Source: Gemmiger formicilis (lineage in GTDB: Bacteria > Bacillota_I > Bacilli_A > RFN20 > CAG-826). Taken from it: 64,000 nt of DNA. Location: NCBI GenBank assembly GCA_963612735.1, contig CAVDWX010000010.1, positions 10,387 through 74,386 on the forward strand, given 5' to 3'. The position numbers and the translations under genes were made by a program. The notes beneath the pieces are model-generated. The model did not search any database, had not been told where the DNA came from, and was given only the letters and a program-made list of their open reading frames with translations. Shown here one piece after another: positions 1 to 8,508 of this stretch (the stretch's first letter is position 1; each line of letters begins with the position of its first letter).

Positions 1-324
1 AAAACGATGGGTGGACTTTGCTTGCCTGCGACACCATGTAAAGAATATGACACTCTTGATAATACTATTTCTGTTTTTAAACAAAGCGTTATTAAAGCGA
101 TGAATGAAAATTTAATGTTTTATGAATCTAGAAAGGCGAAATTATTTTGCTTAGGTAAAATCGATTTACATTTCCAAAATGGAACAGGTCGATCCACGGT
201 TTCACTTCTTAAAGGGAATAATGACCAAGCTAAAATGAGTGTTGATCAAATTATGACTGAAAATTATGAATATATTCGTAAGAATCTATCCGATATTCAA
301 GATTTGATCAATCAAGCTAAATAA
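1..324 (+). CDS. Hypothetical protein, possibly 5'-truncated; the frame is open back to position 1. It is the first gene of the plus-strand glycan operon.
   Basis: ORF 7..324; no stop between position 1 and 7 in the same frame; only 16 nt to the next gene; no recognisable motifs. Confidence 0.4.
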   Translation, partial: KTMGGLCLPATPCKEYDTLDNTISVFKQSVIKAMNENLMFYESRKAKLFCLGKIDLHFQNGTGRSTVSLLKGNNDQAKMSVDQIMTENYEYIRKNLSDIQDLINQAK

Positions 325-340
325 TTAGTAGAGATATATT

Positions 341-2848
341 ATGAAAAATAAAAGTTTAGCGTTTATCTTACTTATAGGTGCCACGATACCAACGATGGTA
401 GGCTGTTCAACCTCTAGCTCCATTTTAGAATGCTTTAGTGTTTATTCCACTGTTAAAGTATCACAAAATGCCGACCATTCAGTTTATTATGATAAATTAG
501 ATCCTAAAATTGATGTCAGCATGATGCAAAATGAATCCGAAGCTGGACAAATCATTTTTAGATTTAGTAGAGATATTAAGAATTTTACGGTTGAAGTTAG
601 CGATTTAGTGAGTAACAACAATAAAACCATTTCCAAAGACAATGTTACTGTTTATATGCAAAGATATCTTGAATTAGATAAAGATTTCGACCATATCGAA
701 GACCTCCCAACTGGGACTATGGTACCTGATTTCTTATTACCAGTCGAATACGCTATTAGCAGTAATGAAAATAAGATTAATAAAGATGATTATCAAGGAT
801 TTGTCGTTGATATTAGATCAAATAGTAATACCGAAGGCGGGACTTATACAGGAACTGTTAAGTTCACATTTGATAATGTTGTTAAAGAAATCCCTGTCAG
901 CGCTACAGTATGGGGTTTTCAATACGAAGGTACTAGAGAAATGAAATCTTCATTCCTCGTTTATCGAGGAGCGTTATTGTCTGGAGAATATAACGCTAGT
1001 GATGAAACAGTTCAAGCCTATACCGACATGTTGACTGATTTTAAAGTTAACGCTATGGTCGTCGAGACTCCGGACAAATATAACGTTACTACCATGAAGG
1101 AATATGTTGATAACCAAGTTAGAATGATAAATGCTAATCCTAATTATTCTTCTATTCCACTTCCAATTGTTAATATTCCTTATTCTTTTAGTGTTGTTGA
1201 TATTCCAAGCAATCGTTCAAGTTTGACTGATAATCAAAAAGTGGTCTGCATGTTATATGATTTCATTCGTAATTTGGTTGCTAATTCATCTAATGATATC
1301 AATTATCTTAAATATGCTTATCTATATTTAACTAATTTTGATGAAATGGATATGTATAAAGGACCTAGTGGTAGTTATGAAAGAGGTTTAAAATTCTTTG
1401 CTAAAGATGGACAACTTGAACAAATTTTAAACCTTATTGTGAACCGCATTAATAAAGATGGAGAGCTTTCTAAATTCAACGTCGATAAAAGAGAAGAAAT
1501 CGTTAATTCCATTTTAAATATCGATAGAGTTAATCCTCTTACTACTTTTGATAGCACCATTGTGGAAACATTGGATCAAGTTTCATGTCCATATATTTCT
1601 CAATTAGAGAACAGTGAATATTATGCTCGTTATGATTATAATCGCGATGAAAACGCGAATGGTGAGTTGTGGACTTATACATGCGTTGGTCCAAAAGCTC
1701 CTTATCCAACTTTCCATTTAGGCGATTATAACCTTGGTAGTAGAACTACTGGTTGGACTATGAAAAGAAGAAATGTGACCGGATATTTATATTATGCCGT
1801 CAATATTTATTCTGAACTTAATAATTCCGCGAATGGAGAATTTATCGATCCTTATACCACTCCAACTAGAAGCGCTGAGTGTCCTGGCGATGGCTTTTTA
1901 ATCTATCCTGGTGGCAAATATGGTAGCACCTCTCCTTTCCCATCTAATCGATTATTATCATTTAGAGATGGAATGGATGATTATGATTTATTAAGCGTTT
2001 ATGAAAGAGAACTTAATAAAGCGGAAACGACATACGGAGTGAGTTTTGACTTTGAAGCTTTGATGAATGAAGTTTATGACAAAGTTATCACCAGTGCTTT
2101 ATATGTTAGTGATGATGAAGCTGTTTTATTAGCAAGACAAGAAATTGCTAATCGCATTTTAGCGCTTAAATCTGATGATAATTTATTAGTCAATTCTTAT
2201 TTAAACGGTGATAAAGTTACTACTGAAATTTATTCTTTATATAATTCATTTAACATTAACGGAAATGACGTTGATTCATCCGATATTGTTAAGTCTAATA
2301 AAGGCTATAAATACGTTTATGAATCCAATGCTTGTCAAGTTTCGTCTCTTAAGATTTTAGGGATGACTTCTAATCTTACTTACCATATCTCTTATCAAGA
2401 TTATGTTAGTACTTTCAAAAATGTAAACGATATCAATGTTAGCGAAGGCTCTTCTATTGGAGTTGAAAATAATACTTTAGTATGTGAAATGAATTCACTT
2501 GATAAGGGTAGTGTTAACGCTAATAGAAGATTTAAATTGTTTGTTGATATCGCTAATAATGATTTAGCTAATGTAAAAGGCATTGATTTTACTATTAAAA
2601 ATGATACTGCTCAACCTTTAACTATCAATGTCAGTCTTGATGGAGTAACTTCTAAATACACTAAGACAGTTTATTTATATCCAAATGAGGAAAGAAGTTT
2701 CCATTATAATTTTGTTCTTGAAGACGAAAATAAAATTTCTTATGCTTCTGGAATTAAATTTGAATTAGAAAATTACGATTCGGTAAATGAAAGCATCTAT
2801 TCTTACGCTAGAAATTTCACCATTAGTAATATTTCATTTTATCGATAG
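341..2848 (+). CDS. Large lipoprotein (835 aa), putative surface glycan-binding or glycoside-hydrolase-like protein.
   Basis: N-terminal signal peptide with lipobox (LIGATIPTMVGC-S); long ORF, tightly packed with the downstream ABC/GH genes; family not recognised from sequence. Confidence 0.8.
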   Translation: MKNKSLAFILLIGATIPTMVGCSTSSSILECFSVYSTVKVSQNADHSVYYDKLDPKIDVSMMQNESEAGQIIFRFSRDIKNFTVEVSDLVSNNNKTISKDNVTVYMQRYLELDKDFDHIEDLPTGTMVPDFLLPVEYAISSNENKINKDDYQGFVVDIRSNSNTEGGTYTGTVKFTFDNVVKEIPVSATVWGFQYEGTREMKSSFLVYRGALLSGEYNASDETVQAYTDMLTDFKVNAMVVETPDKYNVTTMKEYVDNQVRMINANPNYSSIPLPIVNIPYSFSVVDIPSNRSSLTDNQKVVCMLYDFIRNLVANSSNDINYLKYAYLYLTNFDEMDMYKGPSGSYERGLKFFAKDGQLEQILNLIVNRINKDGELSKFNVDKREEIVNSILNIDRVNPLTTFDSTIVETLDQVSCPYISQLENSEYYARYDYNRDENANGELWTYTCVGPKAPYPTFHLGDYNLGSRTTGWTMKRRNVTGYLYYAVNIYSELNNSANGEFIDPYTTPTRSAECPGDGFLIYPGGKYGSTSPFPSNRLLSFRDGMDDYDLLSVYERELNKAETTYGVSFDFEALMNEVYDKVITSALYVSDDEAVLLARQEIANRILALKSDDNLLVNSYLNGDKVTTEIYSLYNSFNINGNDVDSSDIVKSNKGYKYVYESNACQVSSLKILGMTSNLTYHISYQDYVSTFKNVNDINVSEGSSIGVENNTLVCEMNSLDKGSVNANRRFKLFVDIANNDLANVKGIDFTIKNDTAQPLTINVSLDGVTSKYTKTVYLYPNEERSFHYNFVLEDENKISYASGIKFELENYDSVNESIYSYARNFTISNISFYR

Positions 2849-2862
2849 AGGGAGTTAATTAT

Positions 2863-4137
2863 ATGAAAACAAATAGAGCATTATTACTATTATTACTTCC
2901 TACTTTATTATTCACTTCATGTGGTAAAGAAAAAGAACCTTCTTATTCTAACGAAGTACTTTTGAATGGATATGAAACTGTTAGCGATATGTATCGCTCT
3001 AAATTAATTTATTCATTCAACAATTACAACATGAAATGTGCTTTCGAAATTAATAAAGATTCCACTTATATCAAAGAAGGTAGCGGATCTTTAAAGATGT
3101 ATATGGAAAGAGCCGTGAGTGGAGATTATTCCTATTTTGTGCAACGTTTTTCCCAAAGCGAAGCTAAGGAACGCGATATTTTTGATATCGATAAATTCTC
3201 TTTGTGGCTTTATAACACCTCGGATGTAGAAACAACTATTTCTCTTGCTTTAATTGGCACCGGAGATAAAGTAGTCACTAAACAAGACTTTAAATTAGTG
3301 GCTTCTAATTGGAATTATCTCGAATATAATTTATCAAAATTAATTGTTGAAACATCTTATGAAAGCTTAATTGGTTTTGGTATCTTAATTAATGAGACTA
3401 ATGGCACTTATTATTTAGATGATTGGAAAGTTTATTTTGGAGCGACATACACTGATGAAGATTTAAAAGTATTAGATATCATTAATGAAGCCAGCACTAA
3501 AGTGAGTGCCCTAAATTTAAATATGAATTTCAACGACACTAGTGAAGTGGCTAAGCTTGAAGAAGCTTGTACTTTATATTATCAAATCGATTCTTCTTAT
3601 CGAAGCGCCGTTAAAGGGGCTAATAACTTGCTCACCTTAGCGGAATCCTATACCAAATTTTTATCGACGAATAGCGATCCCGCTGTTGCGTTTAATTTTG
3701 CTAATCCTGCAGGCTTAGTTCAAGCTAGCGTCTCTTTATTATCTAGTGGAGGCGTTAACTTATCTTATTCGACTGATATTAAAAGACCTTCCACTAATGG
3801 TTCGATTAAAATCAGTGCGAACGGAAGCACTAAATGGACATATTTAGATTTAACAACATCGTTAACTTTATCTGATTATTCTAAATTTGGCTTCTGGTTT
3901 TATAACGATAGTGCTCAAGAATTTGGCTTCTGTGTCCAATGGAATGCGACCGCTCAATACATCAAACCAAAAGGATATATTAGTGATAATGATGGTTGGC
4001 AGTACTGCGAATATTCTTGTGCCGGATTATCTAATAAAGTCGAATTTGAATATTGCACTGTGGCTGAAGGCGTTGCTGGAGGCATTTTAGATACCGAAGG
4101 CGATATTTACATTAGCGATGTCACATTGATTAAATAA
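2863..4137 (+). CDS. Lipoprotein (424 aa) with two internally repeated beta-rich modules; possible carbohydrate-binding protein.
   Basis: Signal peptide plus lipobox (LLFTSC-G); RBS GAGGGAG; repeated F.LWLYNTSD / FGFWFYNDSA motifs suggest an internal duplication. Confidence 0.8.
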   Translation: MKTNRALLLLLLPTLLFTSCGKEKEPSYSNEVLLNGYETVSDMYRSKLIYSFNNYNMKCAFEINKDSTYIKEGSGSLKMYMERAVSGDYSYFVQRFSQSEAKERDIFDIDKFSLWLYNTSDVETTISLALIGTGDKVVTKQDFKLVASNWNYLEYNLSKLIVETSYESLIGFGILINETNGTYYLDDWKVYFGATYTDEDLKVLDIINEASTKVSALNLNMNFNDTSEVAKLEEACTLYYQIDSSYRSAVKGANNLLTLAESYTKFLSTNSDPAVAFNFANPAGLVQASVSLLSSGGVNLSYSTDIKRPSTNGSIKISANGSTKWTYLDLTTSLTLSDYSKFGFWFYNDSAQEFGFCVQWNATAQYIKPKGYISDNDGWQYCEYSCAGLSNKVEFEYCTVAEGVAGGILDTEGDIYISDVTLIK

Positions 4138-4151
4138 AATAAGGTATTAGA

Positions 4152-4901
4152 ATGCCACAAGTTAAACTTGAAGATATCAGTGTCTCATACTCTTCTAGAA
4201 AAAATAGCAATTATGTTTTAAATGACTTAAATGTTATTTTTGAAGATGGGAAGATTAATGTTATCTTGGGCGAAAGTGGTTGTGGTAAGACCACATTATT
4301 ACATTTAATTTGTGGCACGCTTAATGCTAGCAAAGGCAATATCTATTTTGATGATTTAGATATTACTAATTTCTCTATTCGCGATCGAAATGTGGCTTTA
4401 GTTAATCAAAGCATAACTTTATATCCCCATTTAAATGTTTTTAAAAATATCGCTTTTCCTCTTATGCATACCTCCGCGAGTGGAGAAGAGATTAAAAATA
4501 GAGTTTATGAAGTCAGTAAATTACTACATATCGAACATTTATTAACTCGTAAGCCAAAACAAATATCATTAGGGCAAGCTCAACGTGTTTGTATAGCTAA
4601 AGCGATTATTAAAAGACCATACGTCTTCTTATTTGATGAACCTTTTTCAAATCTTGATGAAGCTTTACGAATCGAATTAAGAACTGAACTAAAAAAATGC
4701 TTACTTGATTTAAAAGCAACATCAATATTTGTCACTCATAATATTAAAGAAGCGATGATGATGGGTGATTATATCTATGTCATGGATGAAGGACATATTA
4801 TAGAAAAAATAGAAGCTAAAAATTTCTTAGAGGCGAAAAGTAAAGCCGCGAAAGAATTGATTAAAAATGAGTTTAAAGATGAAAATGTACTCGACGACTG
4901 A
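4152..4901 (+). CDS. ABC transporter ATP-binding protein (249 aa) with a degenerate signature motif.
   Basis: Walker A GESGCGKTT, Walker B FLFDEPFSNLD, H-loop THN; signature motif is ISLGQAQRV instead of LSGGQ. Confidence 0.85.
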   Translation: MPQVKLEDISVSYSSRKNSNYVLNDLNVIFEDGKINVILGESGCGKTTLLHLICGTLNASKGNIYFDDLDITNFSIRDRNVALVNQSITLYPHLNVFKNIAFPLMHTSASGEEIKNRVYEVSKLLHIEHLLTRKPKQISLGQAQRVCIAKAIIKRPYVFLFDEPFSNLDEALRIELRTELKKCLLDLKATSIFVTHNIKEAMMMGDYIYVMDEGHIIEKIEAKNFLEAKSKAAKELIKNEFKDENVLDD

Positions 4902-5358
4902 TTTAGATATATTTAAGAAAAAATATCGTTTATTTTCGATTCTATTTTTCGTTTCTATATTTTTATTGATTGCTTTATTTGTTCTAAGTCTTTGCTTTAC
5001 TAATTATAAGAATTATTTATATTTTGAAATCATTGGTGGCGTTATTGCGTCGATTTTCGTTTTTATATGCATTTTATTTTATTTTAGATTGATCGATTAC
5101 AAACGTTTAATTAATCACTACCTCAGTGTCTTTAATGAGAAAAAAACTTATATCGATGGAACATTTCTTTCTCTTGGCGAATATATCATCACATTAGATG
5201 ATAATATCAGAGTTAAAGAAGCCTATTTTGAAGTTGATAATAATAAAGTTACTTATTATATTTTATCTATTTTTGATACGGAAAATTTAAAAGCTAATAC
5301 CAAATATAATGTCCTCCTCGCTGATCGTTTTATAAGGAGCTTTAATTATGAAATATAA
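4867..5358 (+). CDS. Small membrane protein (2 TM); the start is uncertain, alternative ATGs at 4879 and 4885.
   Basis: Hydrophobic segments FSILFFVSIFLLIALFVL and GGVIASIFVFICILFYF; overlaps the upstream ABC ATPase gene. Confidence 0.55.
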   Translation: MSLKMKMYSTTDLDIFKKKYRLFSILFFVSIFLLIALFVLSLCFTNYKNYLYFEIIGGVIASIFVFICILFYFRLIDYKRLINHYLSVFNEKKTYIDGTFLSLGEYIITLDDNIRVKEAYFEVDNNKVTYYILSIFDTENLKANTKYNVLLADRFIRSFNYEI

Positions 5359-5956
5359 TTTTCCTTATAAAGCTCATTTTCAAAGAAATATTTGGCTTTA
5401 CATTTTATTAATGTTAATAGTTACTACTTCTTATGAGTTTGCTATTAAAAGTAAATCCGCACTCAAAAAATATCAAAAATTTAATATTTTTGTGGCCACT
5501 AAAAAAGTGGATTTAGATTCACTTAAAGCAAAAATTAACAATTATATCGATAATGATACGATTAAAAATGTCGTTATCAATCAATGTAATCCCACTCTTA
5601 CTTCTTATTACACGATGTACACCACTTTTGGTTTAGAAGACGCTGATATCCTCATCCTTAATAGCGAATATATCTTTATTAATGATTTGAAAAGTCATTT
5701 CACTTCTTTTACAAGTGAATCGTCGTATTATGGTGAGACAAATTATATTTATAATGATGTCCATTATGGGATAGAGATATATCAAAATAAAAAAGGCCGC
5801 CTAACTAACTATATTACCTATGATGAAGATGCAACTTATTATTTATTCATCAATAAAAAATCAAAACATTTATTAGGTTTTACTAGCGATAGTGAAGGCA
5901 AAACGAATTCGCTTATAAAAGTGTTAGGAGGTATTTTTAATGAAGAATCAAAATAA
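5348..5956 (+). CDS. Membrane-anchored hypothetical protein (202 aa).
   Basis: RBS AAGGAG 8 nt upstream; N-terminal TM helix IWLYILLMLIVTT; no known domain recognised. Confidence 0.6.
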   Translation: MKYNFPYKAHFQRNIWLYILLMLIVTTSYEFAIKSKSALKKYQKFNIFVATKKVDLDSLKAKINNYIDNDTIKNVVINQCNPTLTSYYTMYTTFGLEDADILILNSEYIFINDLKSHFTSFTSESSYYGETNYIYNDVHYGIEIYQNKKGRLTNYITYDEDATYYLFINKKSKHLLGFTSDSEGKTNSLIKVLGGIFNEESK

Positions 5957-6863
5957 AGGTAAAAAAGTTAAAAAAGTCACCCCTGATTTTTTATTAGAAC
6001 AACTTCCTTCCACTCGAAGAAAACAGTTTTTTGATATTTTAAAAAATGAATACCGAACGCTTTTATTAATCGGACTCATCTTAGTGCTGTTTTTTATCCC
6101 GTTTATAGTTTCTAATATTTTTGAATATGGTTTTATGAGCGGTACTTCTGAAACAATTAAAAAAGCTATGGAAGCGGAAGGAAGAAATAGTGAAGAAATT
6201 GCTAGAGCTATTAAATTACAAATGAGGTCTATTCATCTTTTATTTACTGGCATTAATATAATTTGCTTTATGATTTTTTCTTTAGGATTAGCGGGAGTAT
6301 CGCGCGTTATAAAATGCCTTTGTTTTGGAGAAGGCGTTGTTTTTAAAAGCGACTTCTTCATCGGCATAAAAGAGTACTATAAATCATTTTTGGCGGTTGG
6401 CTTTTTTTCAGGTCTATTTTATTTCTTAATGACTTATACCGGAGCCATGCTAGACGCTTTAAGTAAAGATAATTCTAGTTTACTTATTGTTAAAGGTTTA
6501 ACGATTGGATTTTATTTTGCACTTCTAGTTCCTTTATTCCTTTTTTCGTTAGCGCAATCAACCTTATATAATGTGCCATTTTTTAAAAATATTTCTAACT
6601 CTATAAAATTTATTATAAATAAATATTATATTTGTCTCATTTTTTCTATAATAATTTATATGATATATCTATTGACTTATATAGTTTATCCACTCATTTC
6701 AATCTTATCTTTTGTAGCGGTTATTATTCTTATTGTCCCTTTTATAGAACTAGCGTTTCATTTATTCGCTTTATCGCTATTTGATAAATACATTAACAAA
6801 AATTATTACCCTCAAATTTATAAAAAAGGGTTATACATAAAAGATAATACAAAGGAGAATTAA
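5940..6863 (+). CDS. Polytopic membrane protein, possibly DUF624/YesL-like accessory component of a sugar ABC system.
   Basis: RBS AGGAGG; at least 6 hydrophobic helices; basic N-terminus followed by TM helices as in YesL-family proteins. The family assignment is tentative. Confidence 0.6.
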   Translation: MKNQNKGKKVKKVTPDFLLEQLPSTRRKQFFDILKNEYRTLLLIGLILVLFFIPFIVSNIFEYGFMSGTSETIKKAMEAEGRNSEEIARAIKLQMRSIHLLFTGINIICFMIFSLGLAGVSRVIKCLCFGEGVVFKSDFFIGIKEYYKSFLAVGFFSGLFYFLMTYTGAMLDALSKDNSSLLIVKGLTIGFYFALLVPLFLFSLAQSTLYNVPFFKNISNSIKFIINKYYICLIFSIIIYMIYLLTYIVYPLISILSFVAVIILIVPFIELAFHLFALSLFDKYINKNYYPQIYKKGLYIKDNTKEN

Positions 6864-6866
6864 ATT

Positions 6867-8501
6867 ATGGCGACTTTATCTTTTAAAAACATTAATAAAA
6901 TCTATGACAATCATGTACAAGCAGTGTTTGATTTCAATCTAGAAGTTAAAGACAAGGAATTTATTGTTTTTGTGGGGCCTTCTGGATGTGGCAAATCCAC
7001 TACGCTTAGAATGGTCGCGGGCTTAGAAGACATCACCAGTGGTCAATTATTAATCGATGGAGTTTATGTCAACAATGTGGTTCCAAAAGATCGTAACATT
7101 GCCATGGTTTTCCAATCCTATGCCTTATATCCTCATATGAGTGTTTATAACAATATGGCTTTTGCTTTGAAATTAAGAAAAGTCAGAATGCCACTTTATT
7201 TACCTAACCCTGAATGCGATGCGATTAGAGAAGAAAATAAACAACTTTTTAAAGCTATTAAAAAATTAAATCGTCAAATTAAAAAGAAAAATGAACCCAA
7301 AGAACTCGTTAATGAACGCGATAATATCTTTGAAAAAATTTATAATAACGAAGAAAAAAGGAAATCGCTTCTCGTTCAACAAACAGGTATCTCTCAATTA
7401 GATATCAAAGAATGCACTAAACTTATTGATATGCTTAAATATGAGATTGAACTATACAATAAAAAAATAGTTCATTTAAATAAAAAGCTCGATCAATATA
7501 CAGCTCGTAAGGAAGCTTTAAGCGCTAATGAAAATATTGATAATGAGAAGAAAAATAAAAGATTAGAAGAACTTACTAATGAAATTAATAAAATTACAAA
7601 TCATATCAATATTATTTCAGATAGCATTGAGCAGAAAAAGAATCAACTTACCGTTACTGAAACGACATTAAATCACTTCAAAAATAATGAAGTCCCATTA
7701 GAAGAATTAAGAAAACATACCGCTTATGAAATTGCGTTAGAAGTTTATAAAGCTGCGAGAACGCTTGGCTTAACTAAATATTTATTACGTAAACCAGCCG
7801 CATTAAGTGGTGGACAAAGACAACGTGTCGCTCTAGGTAGAGCTATTGTAAGACATCCGAAAGTTTTCTTAATGGATGAACCTCTTTCTAACTTAGACGC
7901 TAAATTACGTGTTCAAATGAGAAATGAAATTTCTAAGATTCATGAATCTGTTGGTGCGACAACAATATATGTTACTCACGATCAAACCGAGGCGATGACG
8001 ATGGCTAATCGTATCGTTATTATGAAAGATGGTTATATTCAACAAATTGGAACGCCTAAAGAAGTGTATAACGATCCTAGCAATATGTTTGTCGCAGGCT
8101 TTATTGGTAGCCCAGCAATGAACTTTATTAAAGGAAAATTAGTGGGTCATAATTTTGTCATTGATGGAGAAAAACCAATCAATATCAAACTCAGTAAAAA
8201 AGATGTCGATTTATTATCATCATATCAAGATAAAGAATTATATTTAGGCGTTAGACCAGAATCCATTTTCTTAAAAGATGATGTCAATAATACTAATCCC
8301 ACTAATTCGATTAAATTACAATGCGATTTCGCTGAAATGTTAGGATATGAATTATTGCTCTACACTTATATCAATGGTCAAAAGGTCATCGTTAAAACAT
8401 CCACGAAAGCGGATATTAAGACCCATGATTTCATGGAAATCGCCTTTAATAATGATATGATTTATTTCTTTGATAGCGAAACCACTAATAGAATTAAATA
8501 A
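6867..8501 (+). CDS. msmK: Sugar ABC transporter ATP-binding protein, MalK/MsmK/UgpC-like, with a large coiled-coil insertion in the helical subdomain.
   Basis: N-terminus VFVGPSGCGKSTTLRMVAGLEDITSG, Q-loop VFQSYALYPHMSV, then a ~190-aa K/E/N-rich insertion before LSGGQRQRVALGRAI, Walker B FLMDEPLSNLD, and a C-terminal MalK regulatory (TOBE-like) domain. Confidence 0.9.
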   Translation: MATLSFKNINKIYDNHVQAVFDFNLEVKDKEFIVFVGPSGCGKSTTLRMVAGLEDITSGQLLIDGVYVNNVVPKDRNIAMVFQSYALYPHMSVYNNMAFALKLRKVRMPLYLPNPECDAIREENKQLFKAIKKLNRQIKKKNEPKELVNERDNIFEKIYNNEEKRKSLLVQQTGISQLDIKECTKLIDMLKYEIELYNKKIVHLNKKLDQYTARKEALSANENIDNEKKNKRLEELTNEINKITNHINIISDSIEQKKNQLTVTETTLNHFKNNEVPLEELRKHTAYEIALEVYKAARTLGLTKYLLRKPAALSGGQRQRVALGRAIVRHPKVFLMDEPLSNLDAKLRVQMRNEISKIHESVGATTIYVTHDQTEAMTMANRIVIMKDGYIQQIGTPKEVYNDPSNMFVAGFIGSPAMNFIKGKLVGHNFVIDGEKPINIKLSKKDVDLLSSYQDKELYLGVRPESIFLKDDVNNTNPTNSIKLQCDFAEMLGYELLLYTYINGQKVIVKTSTKADIKTHDFMEIAFNNDMIYFFDSETTNRIK

Positions 8502-8508
8502 TTATATT

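Noticed and set aside
1375-1560. Short ORFs in the six-frame track that overlap large well-supported genes on the opposite strand or in another frame, for example 1375..1560, 10036..10281, 24084..24386, 34639..34848, 43812..44531 and 48131..48373.
   Set aside because: Each lies entirely inside a longer gene with clear homology, has no RBS, and shows low-complexity composition typical of AT-rich antisense frames. Treated as spurious.
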